From NCBI GenBank assembly GCA_963677485.1, contig OY781964.1:4704001-4768000 (forward strand): a stretch of 64,000 nt of DNA, in the 5' to 3' direction. The position numbers and the translations under genes are program-made. This DNA is from Armatimonadota bacterium. Its GTDB lineage: Bacteria; Armatimonadota; HRBIN16. The notes below the pieces were generated by a model. It was not told where the DNA came from. It saw only the letters and a list, made by a program, of their open reading frames with translations, and did no database searches. Positions 49,255 to 59,334 of this stretch are shown here, one piece after another; the stretch's first letter is position 1, and every line of letters begins with the position of its first letter.

Positions 49255-51255
49255 ATGGAAAAGAGACTGCGCTGGGGTATCATAGGTATCGGAAATATTG
49301 CTAAGGCGTTTGCCAAAGGGTTATTGCAGTCAAAGAAAGGCACTTTGCACGCTGTAGCAAGCCGAAGCGCTGAGAAGGCGAAGGCCTTTGCGCAGGAATA
49401 CGGTGCTTTACGCGGCTACGGAGATTATCAGTCGCTGTTGGACGACGTTGAGATCGACGCTGTCTATATCAGCACTCCGCATCCGATGCATGCGGAATGG
49501 GCGTTTAAGGCAGCCAGAGCTGGCAAGCATATATTGTGCGAGAAGCCGATTGCTTTGAATTATCCCCAGGCGATGGCCATTATCCAGGCCGCCAAGGATA
49601 ACGGCGTGTTTCTCATGGAAGCATTCATGTATCGCTGCAACCCTCAGACAGCGAAAATTTTAGAAATTGTCAGCCAGAAGCAGATTGGTGAGGTCAAAAT
49701 CATTGACGCGACCCACAGTTTTTATGCCGAGATGGACCCGGAGGGAAGGGTTTACAATGCCGATCTTGCTGGCGGCGGAATCATGGATGTGGGCTGCTAT
49801 TGCACCTCCTTTGCCCGGCTAGTGGCCGGAGCGGCCATGGGGCAAGCCGTTGCAGAGCCACTGGAAATGAAGGCTATGGGCCATATCGTCTACACAGGAG
49901 TTGACGCATATACCAGCGCGATCATGCGATTCCCTGGTGATATCATCGCTACGGTATCAACCGCGGTGCAGTTGAACCAGGCGAACCATGCGAACATCTA
50001 TGGCACCGAGGGGCATCTATACATTCCAGATCCCTGGTTCGGAACCGGGGCGTCTGGCGAATCAAAAATCTATATTTACCGTCCAGGGCAACCAGTCGAA
50101 GAGATTGCGATTCATGCCGATCGCGGCATCTACGCCCTTGAAGCTGATGCGGTGGCGGAGGCAGTCGAACAAGGACTCAAAGAGTCTCCTCACATGAGCT
50201 GGAATGATACCCTGGGTGATATGCGTTGTCTTGACAACTGGCGGCTAGACCTTGGGGTCACATATCCAATCGAAAAGCCGACAGCCAACTGGCCTACATG
50301 CAGCAATGAGCCATTAACGGTGAAAACTAACGCACCCATGGTATACGGTCAGATAGCGGGTGTAGAAAAGCCGGTTTCCAAACTGGTCATGGGTGTGATG
50401 ATGACCGGTGCCCAGCACCTTCTGCCACACTGCTCCGTGATGTATGACTACTTCTTCGAAAATGGCGGCAACTGCTTCGATACCGCTTATATCTATGGGG
50501 GAGGGCAGTCTGACCGCATACTGGGGCAGTGGATCAAGAACAGAGGTATCCGTGATAAGGTGGTGGTGCTGGGTAAAGGGGCACACACCCCAGACTGCAA
50601 CCCAGAAGCACTCAGCCGACAGATGATGGAATCCTTGGATCGCTTACAGACTGATTACCTCGATATCTACATGATGCATCGAGACAACACGGAGATCCCA
50701 GTAGGGGAGTTCGTAGACGTGTTGAATGAGCACCTTAAGGCGGGTCGTATCCACTCCTTTGGCGGCAGCAACTGGAGCCTGCAAAGATTGGCTGAAGCCA
50801 ACCAGTATGCTCAAAAGCACGGTTTGGTGGGTTTTTCGGCCATCAGCAACAACCTGTGTCTAGCTGACATGGTTCGCCCTGTGTGGGATGGCTGCATCAG
50901 CGTGAATGACCCGGTATCGAGGCAATGGTTGGCCGATACTCAGACAGCGGTGATGTCATGGAGCAGCACCGGACGCGGCTTCTTCGTGGTAGGCAATGAA
51001 GCAATGTTGACAGACAACGTCATGGTTCGCGGTTGGTATAGTGCTGTAAACTTCAAGCGTAAAGCTCGAGTTGAAAAACTCGCCGAAGAAAAAGGCGTGG
51101 CACCCATCGATATCGCACTAGCTTGGGTATTGCAGCAGCCGTTCCCCACCTTCGCCCTGACGGGGCCAGCCAGTCTAGAGGAACTTTCCATCACATTGGG
51201 TTGCTTTGGTGTCAGTTTGACTGATGCCGAGATGGCCTGGCTATACGAAGGGTAA
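49255..51255 (+). CDS. Gfo/Idh/MocA oxidoreductase fused to an aldo/keto reductase
   Basis: WGIIGIGNIA, GKHILCEKP, GGGIMDVGCY; then FDTAYIYG, SLDRLQTDYLDIYMMHRD, GGSNW, IALAWVL. Confidence 0.9.
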   Translation: MEKRLRWGIIGIGNIAKAFAKGLLQSKKGTLHAVASRSAEKAKAFAQEYGALRGYGDYQSLLDDVEIDAVYISTPHPMHAEWAFKAARAGKHILCEKPIALNYPQAMAIIQAAKDNGVFLMEAFMYRCNPQTAKILEIVSQKQIGEVKIIDATHSFYAEMDPEGRVYNADLAGGGIMDVGCYCTSFARLVAGAAMGQAVAEPLEMKAMGHIVYTGVDAYTSAIMRFPGDIIATVSTAVQLNQANHANIYGTEGHLYIPDPWFGTGASGESKIYIYRPGQPVEEIAIHADRGIYALEADAVAEAVEQGLKESPHMSWNDTLGDMRCLDNWRLDLGVTYPIEKPTANWPTCSNEPLTVKTNAPMVYGQIAGVEKPVSKLVMGVMMTGAQHLLPHCSVMYDYFFENGGNCFDTAYIYGGGQSDRILGQWIKNRGIRDKVVVLGKGAHTPDCNPEALSRQMMESLDRLQTDYLDIYMMHRDNTEIPVGEFVDVLNEHLKAGRIHSFGGSNWSLQRLAEANQYAQKHGLVGFSAISNNLCLADMVRPVWDGCISVNDPVSRQWLADTQTAVMSWSSTGRGFFVVGNEAMLTDNVMVRGWYSAVNFKRKARVEKLAEEKGVAPIDIALAWVLQQPFPTFALTGPASLEELSITLGCFGVSLTDAEMAWLYEG

Positions 51256-51296
51256 GTTGTGATAGTTGTGGGTCTGTATGATCAAGGTCATCAGAC

Positions 51297-52040
51297 CTAC
51301 AGCTCGTTGCGCACGCAGATCGTCTGGCTGCTCGTGAACAACAGATTGTTCATGCCATCGGTATAGGCACGGATTTCCAACAGGTAGCAGCCATCAGGCA
51401 GATTTTCACTTGACCACACCAGAGGGGATGTCAGGTTGTTGCTGGTGCTGACCATCCGACCGTCTATACAAAGCTGCATAAACAGGTTTTTACCTTTGGC
51501 TTGAACCAGCCGTTCGAGCCCTCTCAGTACGACCGATATTCTTCCGTTGACATATTTGACACCCGGCTTGCCTAGAATGATCGACCGTTTCACCGCAGCA
51601 ATGCTTTCTTGCTCCGCAGACGTGATGATCTCCAAGGAGGATGAAGGGGTCGCCCAAAGGGTGAGGATTTCGTTGCTTTTCTCCCAACCTTCGATAGGTT
51701 TTTGAAAATGCCACTTGGTACGCCGGTCTCCTATCTGCTCCCACAAAGGTGATGCTTCAGGGATATCCGTGTAGATACCGGCTGATTTCGGCTTCGCTTC
51801 AAATGGATAGATCGAAACATCAGCGCTGGTGCTTTTCGATGCAACGATCGCCCTGATACGGCCCACGATGATCCCACTTGGTTGCGACTGCTCCATCACC
51901 CGTATGGTTCCACCTGGTTTTGGGTATATCGCCAAATACGGAACAGGGGCAGACCACACACCTGAAGACAGTATGCAAAGTAGTACTGATGCGATGATTA
52001 CTAAATGTGTGCGGCGAAGGTCGAACAAATGAGTTGGCAC
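51297..52040 (-). CDS. Secreted hypothetical protein with C-terminal Ig-like domain
   Basis: Signal-like N-terminus; IDGRMV...WSSENLPDGCYLLEIRAY resembles bacterial Ig-like strands. Confidence 0.6.
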   Translation of the reverse strand: MPTHLFDLRRTHLVIIASVLLCILSSGVWSAPVPYLAIYPKPGGTIRVMEQSQPSGIIVGRIRAIVASKSTSADVSIYPFEAKPKSAGIYTDIPEASPLWEQIGDRRTKWHFQKPIEGWEKSNEILTLWATPSSSLEIITSAEQESIAAVKRSIILGKPGVKYVNGRISVVLRGLERLVQAKGKNLFMQLCIDGRMVSTSNNLTSPLVWSSENLPDGCYLLEIRAYTDGMNNLLFTSSQTICVRNEL

Positions 52041-52266
52041 CTGTCTGTAGATTGGTTGAAGGATACGGCCTCTGTATTACCGTATCGAATTACAGTATAC
52101 CGAAATGAGGCGGTATGTTTCGATTTGCTTGTGATAATCGCAGCACGATATTACCATATTTTAACAGGGAATGGCCACAGAATCGATAGATGGTTTAGTA
52201 TATTAACAGGTGGTGCAGCTTTGTACTCATTATCGAAATATCTTGACTGTAAGGTGATGAACCCCT

Positions 52267-54093
52267 ATGAATAGCTATACGGTGAAATACATGCCGCAGA
52301 ACAAGTCTGTGGATGCAGATGACACCCATGATTTGTTTCAACTGGCACAGCAAAACGCCATACCCATAGACAACAGTTGTAATGGGAATGGTACTTGTGG
52401 GAAGTGCAAAGTCAAGGTTGAGGGTGCCTGCTGCGAACCTACCCCCCAGGAAGTGAAGCTGCTGAGCGATGAGCAACTCACTGAAGGGTGGCGCCTGGCT
52501 TGTTGCTGCATACCTGAAGGCGATATGACGGTTCACGTGCCGAGTATAGCCAAAATGGCTGTTTTATCAAACGGGATCGACACCGATGCGGATGTTGATG
52601 TGTGCATTCAAAAAGTGTGTGTGCAGTTGCCGCAACCTTCGCTTCAAGACCAGCGCGGTGACATCGAACGAGTGCTGCAATCCGTTGGGGGCTTGATGGT
52701 GCCTGGAGCCGGGAATCTGCATATGCTGCAAGGGTTACCATCAACCCTGCGAAGCCAACATTACAAAGTATCTGTCACTCGATGTGGTGACAAGCTGGTT
52801 TCCGTCGAGCCAGGCGATACCACACATTTGATATACGGCGTGGCATTTGACATCGGCACGACCACCATCGTGGGCTACCTATTCCACCTAGAATCAGGGG
52901 AACAATGCGGTGTGGCCTCCACACTCAATCCGCAGACCCAGTATGGTGGAGATGTGATCTCTCGCATTGAGTACGCGTCTCAAGAGGGTGGAGCAGCGAC
53001 GCTGCGTGATTGCGTCATCTCCGCACTCAACAGCCTGATTGCCGATATGTGTCAGCAGGCGAATATCAAGTGTAAGCATATCTATTCTGCAGAAATTGCC
53101 GGGAACACCACAATGCTGCACTTGGCTTTAGCTTTACCTGTCGCTGCTATCGCACAGGCACCCTATATACCAGTCAATACGCAACGGCTTGAATTCTACG
53201 CGCATGAAGTTGGCTTGTCTATCTGCCCGGAAAGCCTGGTGGTTTTTATGCCCAACATCGCCAGTTATGTCGGAGGAGACATTACGTCGGACATTTTGGC
53301 GACTTCGCTCGATAAAAAAACAACCACTACACTATTGTTAGATATCGGCACAAACGGTGAAATGGTGTTGATACATAACGGTAAGATGCAGGCCGCCGCC
53401 ACAGCAGCAGGCCCTTGTTTTGAAGGTGGTTCAATCTCACAGGGTATGCGCGCAGAAGATGGAGCCATCAGCTCACTGCAATTTGTAAACGGCAATATTA
53501 TGCTGGAGACCATAAACGGGCATCCTCCCAGAGGCTTATGCGGAACCGGGCTCGTGGATCTGATTAGCGAGATGCTTCGGACACAGCTTATCGATGATAC
53601 AGGTCGACTGCAATCAGCGGACGACTCGTACTGTGAAGATGAGGCTTTGTTATCACGAATCCGCGAAGGGCAGAACGGCAATGAGTTTGTCATAGTGGAC
53701 GAAGATATATCGGGCACTGGCGAGGATATCGTGTTAACGCAGCGCGATATCCGACAGGTTCAGAACGCAAAAGCAGCGGTCTACGCAGGCATTCAGATGC
53801 TATGCAAAAAGGCCGGCATCAAGACCGATCAGATTCATGAGATACTATTAGCTGGAGCATTTGGCAACTATATTCGCACTACATCCGCTATAGGGCTTGG
53901 TCTCATTCCGCAGATACCACTGGATCGGGTCATCAGCGTTGGCAACGCAGCTGGGATGGGTGCCTGCATAGCGCTTCTCTCGAGAGAACGACGGCTGCAC
54001 GCCTCTGACATCTCTGGCCATGTGCAGTATGTTGAGCTCTCTGGTGATGCTGAGTTTGCCAATATGTATGCCGACGCGATGTTCTTTGAATAG
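52267..54093 (+). CDS. RACo/DUF4445-type ATP-dependent corrinoid reductive activator (2Fe-2S plus ASKHA)
   Basis: CNGNGTCGKC...RLAC, DIGTTT, NPQTQYGGDVISRI, AGNTTM, DIGTNGE, AAGPCFEG, CGTG, AGAFG, GNAAG. Confidence 0.9.
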   Translation: MNSYTVKYMPQNKSVDADDTHDLFQLAQQNAIPIDNSCNGNGTCGKCKVKVEGACCEPTPQEVKLLSDEQLTEGWRLACCCIPEGDMTVHVPSIAKMAVLSNGIDTDADVDVCIQKVCVQLPQPSLQDQRGDIERVLQSVGGLMVPGAGNLHMLQGLPSTLRSQHYKVSVTRCGDKLVSVEPGDTTHLIYGVAFDIGTTTIVGYLFHLESGEQCGVASTLNPQTQYGGDVISRIEYASQEGGAATLRDCVISALNSLIADMCQQANIKCKHIYSAEIAGNTTMLHLALALPVAAIAQAPYIPVNTQRLEFYAHEVGLSICPESLVVFMPNIASYVGGDITSDILATSLDKKTTTTLLLDIGTNGEMVLIHNGKMQAAATAAGPCFEGGSISQGMRAEDGAISSLQFVNGNIMLETINGHPPRGLCGTGLVDLISEMLRTQLIDDTGRLQSADDSYCEDEALLSRIREGQNGNEFVIVDEDISGTGEDIVLTQRDIRQVQNAKAAVYAGIQMLCKKAGIKTDQIHEILLAGAFGNYIRTTSAIGLGLIPQIPLDRVISVGNAAGMGACIALLSRERRLHASDISGHVQYVELSGDAEFANMYADAMFFE

Positions 54094-54103
54094 GAGAAAC
54101 AAT

Positions 54104-54643
54104 ATGGAACGTACAGCAACCGACTATAACCTGCATCTTGACCATCTGGTAAAAGTGACCAGCCGTGAGGGCAGTTTGCTGGTCACTCAACAGCCTGGTG
54201 GCAAACCTAATGTGATGACCATCGGATGGTTGACGGCTGGTTTTGTCTGGGGCCGGCCTATGATGTGTGTGATGGTACGTCCTTCTCGATACAGCTTTGG
54301 AATAATCAACAGCTCATGGGAATTCACTGTTAATGTGATGCCCTATACAATGCTTCGCCAGGTGGCTTATTGCGGCCGCGTATCTGGGCGTGACGATGAC
54401 AAATTCGCCAGTCAGGGTTTCACCGCAAAGCTGGGCAGTGCGATCCACACCTCATATATAGACGAATCAGTTATTCATTTCGAGTGTAAGGTACTGTATT
54501 CACATGATCTACCCGACAATGCTCTGGGTGGAGAGCTGGACAAGCGGTATTACCCGGATGGCGATTACCATCGTGTTTACTACGGCGAAATCGTGCAGTG
54601 CATGGCTGTCGAAAACGCCGCACAACTCATCGAAAAGGCGTAG
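54104..54643 (+). CDS. Flavin reductase-like FMN-binding protein
   Basis: NVMTIGW, VRPSRYS, FTVN, CGRVSGRDDDK, ECKV, DYHRVYYGEI; AGGAG before ATG 54104. Confidence 0.85.
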   Translation: MERTATDYNLHLDHLVKVTSREGSLLVTQQPGGKPNVMTIGWLTAGFVWGRPMMCVMVRPSRYSFGIINSSWEFTVNVMPYTMLRQVAYCGRVSGRDDDKFASQGFTAKLGSAIHTSYIDESVIHFECKVLYSHDLPDNALGGELDKRYYPDGDYHRVYYGEIVQCMAVENAAQLIEKA

Positions 54644-54679
54644 CATTCGCCCGAGATTCTACCAATCACCCTGATTCAT

Positions 54680-54710
54680 AGTGCGCTAAGTCAACCTTAG
54701 CGCACTTTTT
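54680..54710 (+). terminator. Intrinsic terminator
   Basis: AGTGCGCTAAG/CTTAGCGCACT stem plus T tract. Confidence 0.8.
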
Positions 54711-54850
54711 GTTGCTCGCTGCTGGTTCACCAGAAATATCATGTAATGCCCCCAATGTTACGTAATACCGACAGGGAATAGCTGTTGAGATGCGGAAGCT
54801 ATATCTGTCTTTAGGCGATGGCTTCCCAACGTGTGTAAAAGGGGCGACAA

Positions 54851-55564
54851 ATGGTGAATTCTTGTCTGAATCCGGGTTTTGAACTTCTCAATTCTGCAGG
54901 TAGCAACTTCCCACTGAACTGGACCACGGTTGCTGAACCTCCAAGTGAGGCATCGGTGACGATCGATAAGGGTACGCACACGGGAAGCATCGCCGTCCGC
55001 AAACTAGAGGTATTTGACTCATCAGATTCGCTTCACACCAATATCGCACCTTTAGCCCAGGCCCGTTCCTCCAGCTTGTGGGATGGGTTTGGTCCAGAGA
55101 AAGGTAATGATGGCGACAGATCAAGCCGGTTCTCTGCCAAGACCATCAAGAATGAGTGGTATGAGCTGGATTGGGGTACCGAACGCTCGTTTGACTCGAT
55201 CGCCCTTCACCAGTGGTCCACGCTCCTGCATCAGGATCCGATCCGGCTTGACGTGTGGAATTCCGTAAAGTGCGCCTACGAGGAGTATGCCATCATCGGT
55301 GGAGCCTCCCCTGTGCGCTGTGAAACGCTGATAGGTAGAGATGGTGAAGCATTGGTCGCCGTTTGGTACCCCGGGGCATCGCGCGACGACTACCCAGCTA
55401 AGCGGGTGACGGTCACGATCAATGTACCCAATGCTAAATCTGTGCAAGCCGTTGACCCACTGCACCTCGTGTGCCAAAACCTGACATTCCACAAAGAAGA
55501 CAGCGTTACGGTGATAGATGGACTGCTTGTTCAAGACTACCCAACCATCATTCGAGTCCGTTGA
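54851..55564 (+). CDS. Hypothetical protein made of carbohydrate-binding fragments; possible deletion relic
   Basis: NPGFE start, discoidin-like NDGDRSSRF...WYELD, tail DGLLVQDYPTII matching the tail of the next gene; no catalytic domain. Confidence 0.5.
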   Translation: MVNSCLNPGFELLNSAGSNFPLNWTTVAEPPSEASVTIDKGTHTGSIAVRKLEVFDSSDSLHTNIAPLAQARSSSLWDGFGPEKGNDGDRSSRFSAKTIKNEWYELDWGTERSFDSIALHQWSTLLHQDPIRLDVWNSVKCAYEEYAIIGGASPVRCETLIGRDGEALVAVWYPGASRDDYPAKRVTVTINVPNAKSVQAVDPLHLVCQNLTFHKEDSVTVIDGLLVQDYPTIIRVR

Positions 55565-55651
55565 TTGAATGCGCTGTGGAGGAATGACTGTGGTGATTGT
55601 CGAAGCAATCCATACTGAACTGCCGGAACCATGTTCAGGGATTAAGCTAAT

Positions 55652-58600
55652 ATGTGCGGGTACCAACCAATGAGGACGATAAATATGCTGTTCATGAAGC
55701 TCCTGCTCATCTGTCTATTTGTGGCAACCGGCCTCGTAGTAAAAGCGAATTCGGTCGACGGTGATTTCACCGATTGGACCGGGGTGGCTCCGATCAACAA
55801 TGGGTTCCTCAGCGCGAACCCGCAGAACACCGCGGGCGTGGTGAATCCGATATCTGCTGTGTACATGAAGTCAGATGACGTCTATCTCTACCTTTCGGTC
55901 CTCTGTACCGGACCGATCAAGCCGGGGGCGTGGAGCCCAACAATGGTAGCCATTGACGCGGACCTGGATTCCACCACGGGGTTCCCATGCAGGCAATTGG
56001 GTGTAGATTACTTCATCCAGCCATCGAACACGATGGATGGCAGTGTGATGATCCATCGGCGTCAAGCTGGAGCCAACAGTCCTGAATGGTCTCGCTGGCA
56101 TGCGCCGGTGATCATCGCTCAAGGATACCAAATATGCTCAGGGTATCCAGGCCGTCGAGCAGAGATGCGTATCCCGTGGAAGCAGATCGGTGTAGATCAA
56201 CCGGCACAGGCTTCATTACGATTTGTAGTTTGTGACAGTTCGGAGCTGTTGAACCCCTCACGTGGAAGCTGGTGTCCTGCAGTCAAGCAAGCCTATTTCA
56301 GTTTTGGTGATGATCCGAAAAGGATGGACAAGATGCCCAATTTAGTTCCTAATGGACAGTTCGAACAGCTACAAGAGGCCGCCGCCAGAGCTTTGCCACA
56401 AGACTGGCATGAGTCCGTCGAAGGCACTTCGGCGGTGGTCGATGTCTCAAGCGATGCGTGTGAAGGCAAACACGCACTGCATCTGAAAGCGACAGCCCCA
56501 GACCGCTGCAGCATCTTGAGTGATGTGATCGCAATCTCCCATGGTCTGCTTAAGTGTCGATATAAGCTACTGAGCAAGGCAGATGGTGATGGTAACCTGG
56601 GTATTCATGTGATAGGCTCAGGTGCAGAGGACGGTACCGAGCTAACCCGCAGCACAATGCAGCCTGATACTGTGCATACGGCTGACGGTCAGTGTCACGA
56701 GATGAGCATGGAGTTTGACTATAGCAGCAAGGGTGTCAAATACTGCCGAATCGAAGCGTTCGTCAGTGGTAAGCCAGGAACATCGGGCGCGAGTGAATGG
56801 CTCATCGATTCGGTGGAGATGTATGCAGTCACCACGGGTGTACAGCTCAGAATTGGGAACACCTGGGTAGAGAAGCCATACCTGAGGCAAGGTGATACCA
56901 CGAAGCTCTGTGTCTGGTTGGAGAACAACGGCGATAGCGATGCTCAAAATATTGAGGTGTCAGTCGCTGCCGGAGATGGTTTTGAAAGCATCACTCCCTC
57001 AAAGCAAAAGATCACCATACCCATTGGCGAGTACCGAAAGCTGACCTGGAGCCTGAAGGCCATCGCCGCAGGAGAACATCCGGTTTCGGTGACGACGAAC
57101 ATGGGGGATTCAAGCCTACTGAGCGCGTCCTACCGCATCCTTGTGCTGGAAAAAGGCCGCAGATACACCCGTCAGCAGCTTTGCACCGATGAACTGGGCT
57201 ACTGGCGGATATTGCCCAGACCTGCCCTGTTACAGTCTGGCAACACGCAGCCGGTAAAGGCGATCACACATAAAAGCTCTTCGCAGATCGGACGCAATAC
57301 CTATGGGATCTGCACCCAACTACCACGAGCCAAAGACTACGAGGATCCATACAATGCCGCTCACCTGATCGACGCTGATCCTGATAGCTGCTGGTCCAGT
57401 CAGAACAACCCAACGCCTTATCCGGGTAGAGCTCCGTGGGTGGTCATCGAGCTTCCTAAGATACAACCTATCAAACAAGTCAACCTGATTCCATATTGGA
57501 AAAACACGGACTTTCCACAGGGGTTCACGATATCAACAAGCACTGATGGTAAGAAGTGGTCTACAGTTGTCGTAGTGAATAACTATGCCATTCGCGAAGG
57601 TAAAGACCGTCGCGGTGACAAGATCGTTCAATCCTTCCCATTTACCGATGCTGTGCAAGCCAGATACGTGAAGGTCACATTCGACAGACTGCCGTTGTCT
57701 GGTGGCAACTACGCAGAGGTTTCTCAAGGATATAAGGCACGCCTGTCCGGAATTGAACTCATGAGCAGCACAGGGCAAAATCTGGCCGTCGTCAAAGCCG
57801 GAGCCAAGGTCACAGCTAGCGATGTGTTCACAGCCTGGCAGAACACTGCGAAAACGGTCAATGAATCCTTCGACGCGATCATGAAGATCGGCCTGAAATG
57901 GGTCAGGGTGGGGCAGTGGGGCGACCAGACCGAATGGGCGGCGGTGGAACGCGTCAAAGGGCAGTTCCAGATGGACCCTGTGACCGACAAGGCGATCAAT
58001 GAACTGGTCAAGAACCGCATCTCGATCCTGTATGGTCTGAACTACGGGAACGCCCTCTACAACGACACAGATAAGCCGTGGGCTGATGTGGGCCCCGTAT
58101 ACAAGGAGGGGCACCCGTTCTACCTGAACAACGGCCCGCGAACCGACGAACAACGGGCAGCGTTTGTGAGATACGTCGACTGGGTCATCCGCAAGTATGG
58201 GGACCGCATCACTTGGTGGGAGCTATGGAACGAACAAAACGGCTGGTTCCCAGGACATGAACCCACAATCTATGGTAAACTGTTGACCGCGGTGGCGAAA
58301 CACATCAAGGCCGTCAATCCCAATTTGAAGGTGATGTATGGCGGCACTGCGGCGCCTGCGCCTCGGGAAGTGGAGATATCGCTGCGCGAAGGAGCAGCTC
58401 CCTACGTCGATGCCTACGCGTTCCATCCCTACGGCATCGACAAGCCCGAAGGCGGTATGGGCACCCTCGACATGGATAGAGATGTCAATCTATCGCAAAC
58501 CCGCGAACAGACCGGCTGGAACCATCTGGAAGAGATCATTGCGGGGGTTAAGAAGCCATTCGCAGAACATGGGAACCCCAATATCGAGGTCTGGCAGAAT

Positions 58601-59149
58601 GAGTTCGGCACCAATGTCACAGGTAAGGAGTTTGCTTACAACCCGGGTATCGGCGAGTACGGTTGTGCTAAATACCTCACACGGTTCTATCTATATGGCG
58701 GCTGGTTGAAGGCACCCACGGCCTGGTGGGCACTCTATAATATGAATCACAGTCAGGACTGGGGCATCATTGAGCAAGACGGGTATGGGTTCCGGCCGAT
58801 GTCATATGCTTTGCAGAATGTCTGCAGCGTCGTCAGCGACGTAGAGCCTATATATAACCTTGACTTCAAATATAAAGGTAATTCCTCCGATCCCAAGGTG
58901 ATCGGCTACCAGTGTGATCACAGCAAACGCAAGTTGGTCGCGCTTTGGTCGGCAGATGCCACGAGTGATAAGCTCATCACCTACCCGAGTCAACTCTCTG
59001 TCAAACTTGATAAGACACCCTCCCGGGTGACCATCACCGATCTGTATTGGGGTATTTCGCAGCCTGCGAAGTGGTCATACCGCGACGGTCATGTCATCCT
59101 TGATGGCTTGCAGGTTCATGACTATCCAATAGTTCTTAGCATCGACTAG
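55652..59149 (+). CDS. Secreted multidomain clan GH-A glycoside hydrolase (GH39/GH5-like) with CBM-like and discoidin domains
   Basis: Signal peptide, VDGDFTDW, NLVPNGQFE, LIDADPDSCWSS, WELWNEQN (acid/base), AFHPY, WQNEFG (nucleophile); exact start uncertain. Confidence 0.78.
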   Translation: MCGYQPMRTINMLFMKLLLICLFVATGLVVKANSVDGDFTDWTGVAPINNGFLSANPQNTAGVVNPISAVYMKSDDVYLYLSVLCTGPIKPGAWSPTMVAIDADLDSTTGFPCRQLGVDYFIQPSNTMDGSVMIHRRQAGANSPEWSRWHAPVIIAQGYQICSGYPGRRAEMRIPWKQIGVDQPAQASLRFVVCDSSELLNPSRGSWCPAVKQAYFSFGDDPKRMDKMPNLVPNGQFEQLQEAAARALPQDWHESVEGTSAVVDVSSDACEGKHALHLKATAPDRCSILSDVIAISHGLLKCRYKLLSKADGDGNLGIHVIGSGAEDGTELTRSTMQPDTVHTADGQCHEMSMEFDYSSKGVKYCRIEAFVSGKPGTSGASEWLIDSVEMYAVTTGVQLRIGNTWVEKPYLRQGDTTKLCVWLENNGDSDAQNIEVSVAAGDGFESITPSKQKITIPIGEYRKLTWSLKAIAAGEHPVSVTTNMGDSSLLSASYRILVLEKGRRYTRQQLCTDELGYWRILPRPALLQSGNTQPVKAITHKSSSQIGRNTYGICTQLPRAKDYEDPYNAAHLIDADPDSCWSSQNNPTPYPGRAPWVVIELPKIQPIKQVNLIPYWKNTDFPQGFTISTSTDGKKWSTVVVVNNYAIREGKDRRGDKIVQSFPFTDAVQARYVKVTFDRLPLSGGNYAEVSQGYKARLSGIELMSSTGQNLAVVKAGAKVTASDVFTAWQNTAKTVNESFDAIMKIGLKWVRVGQWGDQTEWAAVERVKGQFQMDPVTDKAINELVKNRISILYGLNYGNALYNDTDKPWADVGPVYKEGHPFYLNNGPRTDEQRAAFVRYVDWVIRKYGDRITWWELWNEQNGWFPGHEPTIYGKLLTAVAKHIKAVNPNLKVMYGGTAAPAPREVEISLREGAAPYVDAYAFHPYGIDKPEGGMGTLDMDRDVNLSQTREQTGWNHLEEIIAGVKKPFAEHGNPNIEVWQNEFGTNVTGKEFAYNPGIGEYGCAKYLTRFYLYGGWLKAPTAWWALYNMNHSQDWGIIEQDGYGFRPMSYALQNVCSVVSDVEPIYNLDFKYKGNSSDPKVIGYQCDHSKRKLVALWSADATSDKLITYPSQLSVKLDKTPSRVTITDLYWGISQPAKWSYRDGHVILDGLQVHDYPIVLSID

Positions 59150-59158
59150 TGACGTCCA

Positions 59159-59190
59159 AAGGCGGGTGCGCAGTGTAGTGCATCCGCCTT
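59159..59190 (+). terminator. Hairpin after the glycoside hydrolase gene
   Basis: AAGGCGGGTGC/GCATCCGCCTT stem, weak T tract. Confidence 0.55.
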
Positions 59191-59274
59191 ACCTCACACT
59201 GCATCAGGTGCTATTACACGCTTCATTGATGGAGCTCCAGCATTCACCTCGTGATACCCATATGACTTCATACT

Positions 59275-59334
59275 AATACTGGTAAATATACTAACGTTTA
59301 GATATCAATAAAATGTTGAATACTGGTAAATATA
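59275..59334. repeat. 16 bp direct repeat AATACTGGTAAATATA, two copies 44 bp apart, in an AT-rich intergenic region
   Basis: Copies at 59275-59290 and 59319-59334. Confidence 0.85.

Noticed and set aside
52155-52266. Cobalamin riboswitch before the corrinoid activator (TTAACAGGGAAT and ACTGTAAGGTGATGAA fragments)
   Set aside because: Core CCCGC-ACTGT pairing and B12 box not found; an Rfam scan would settle it
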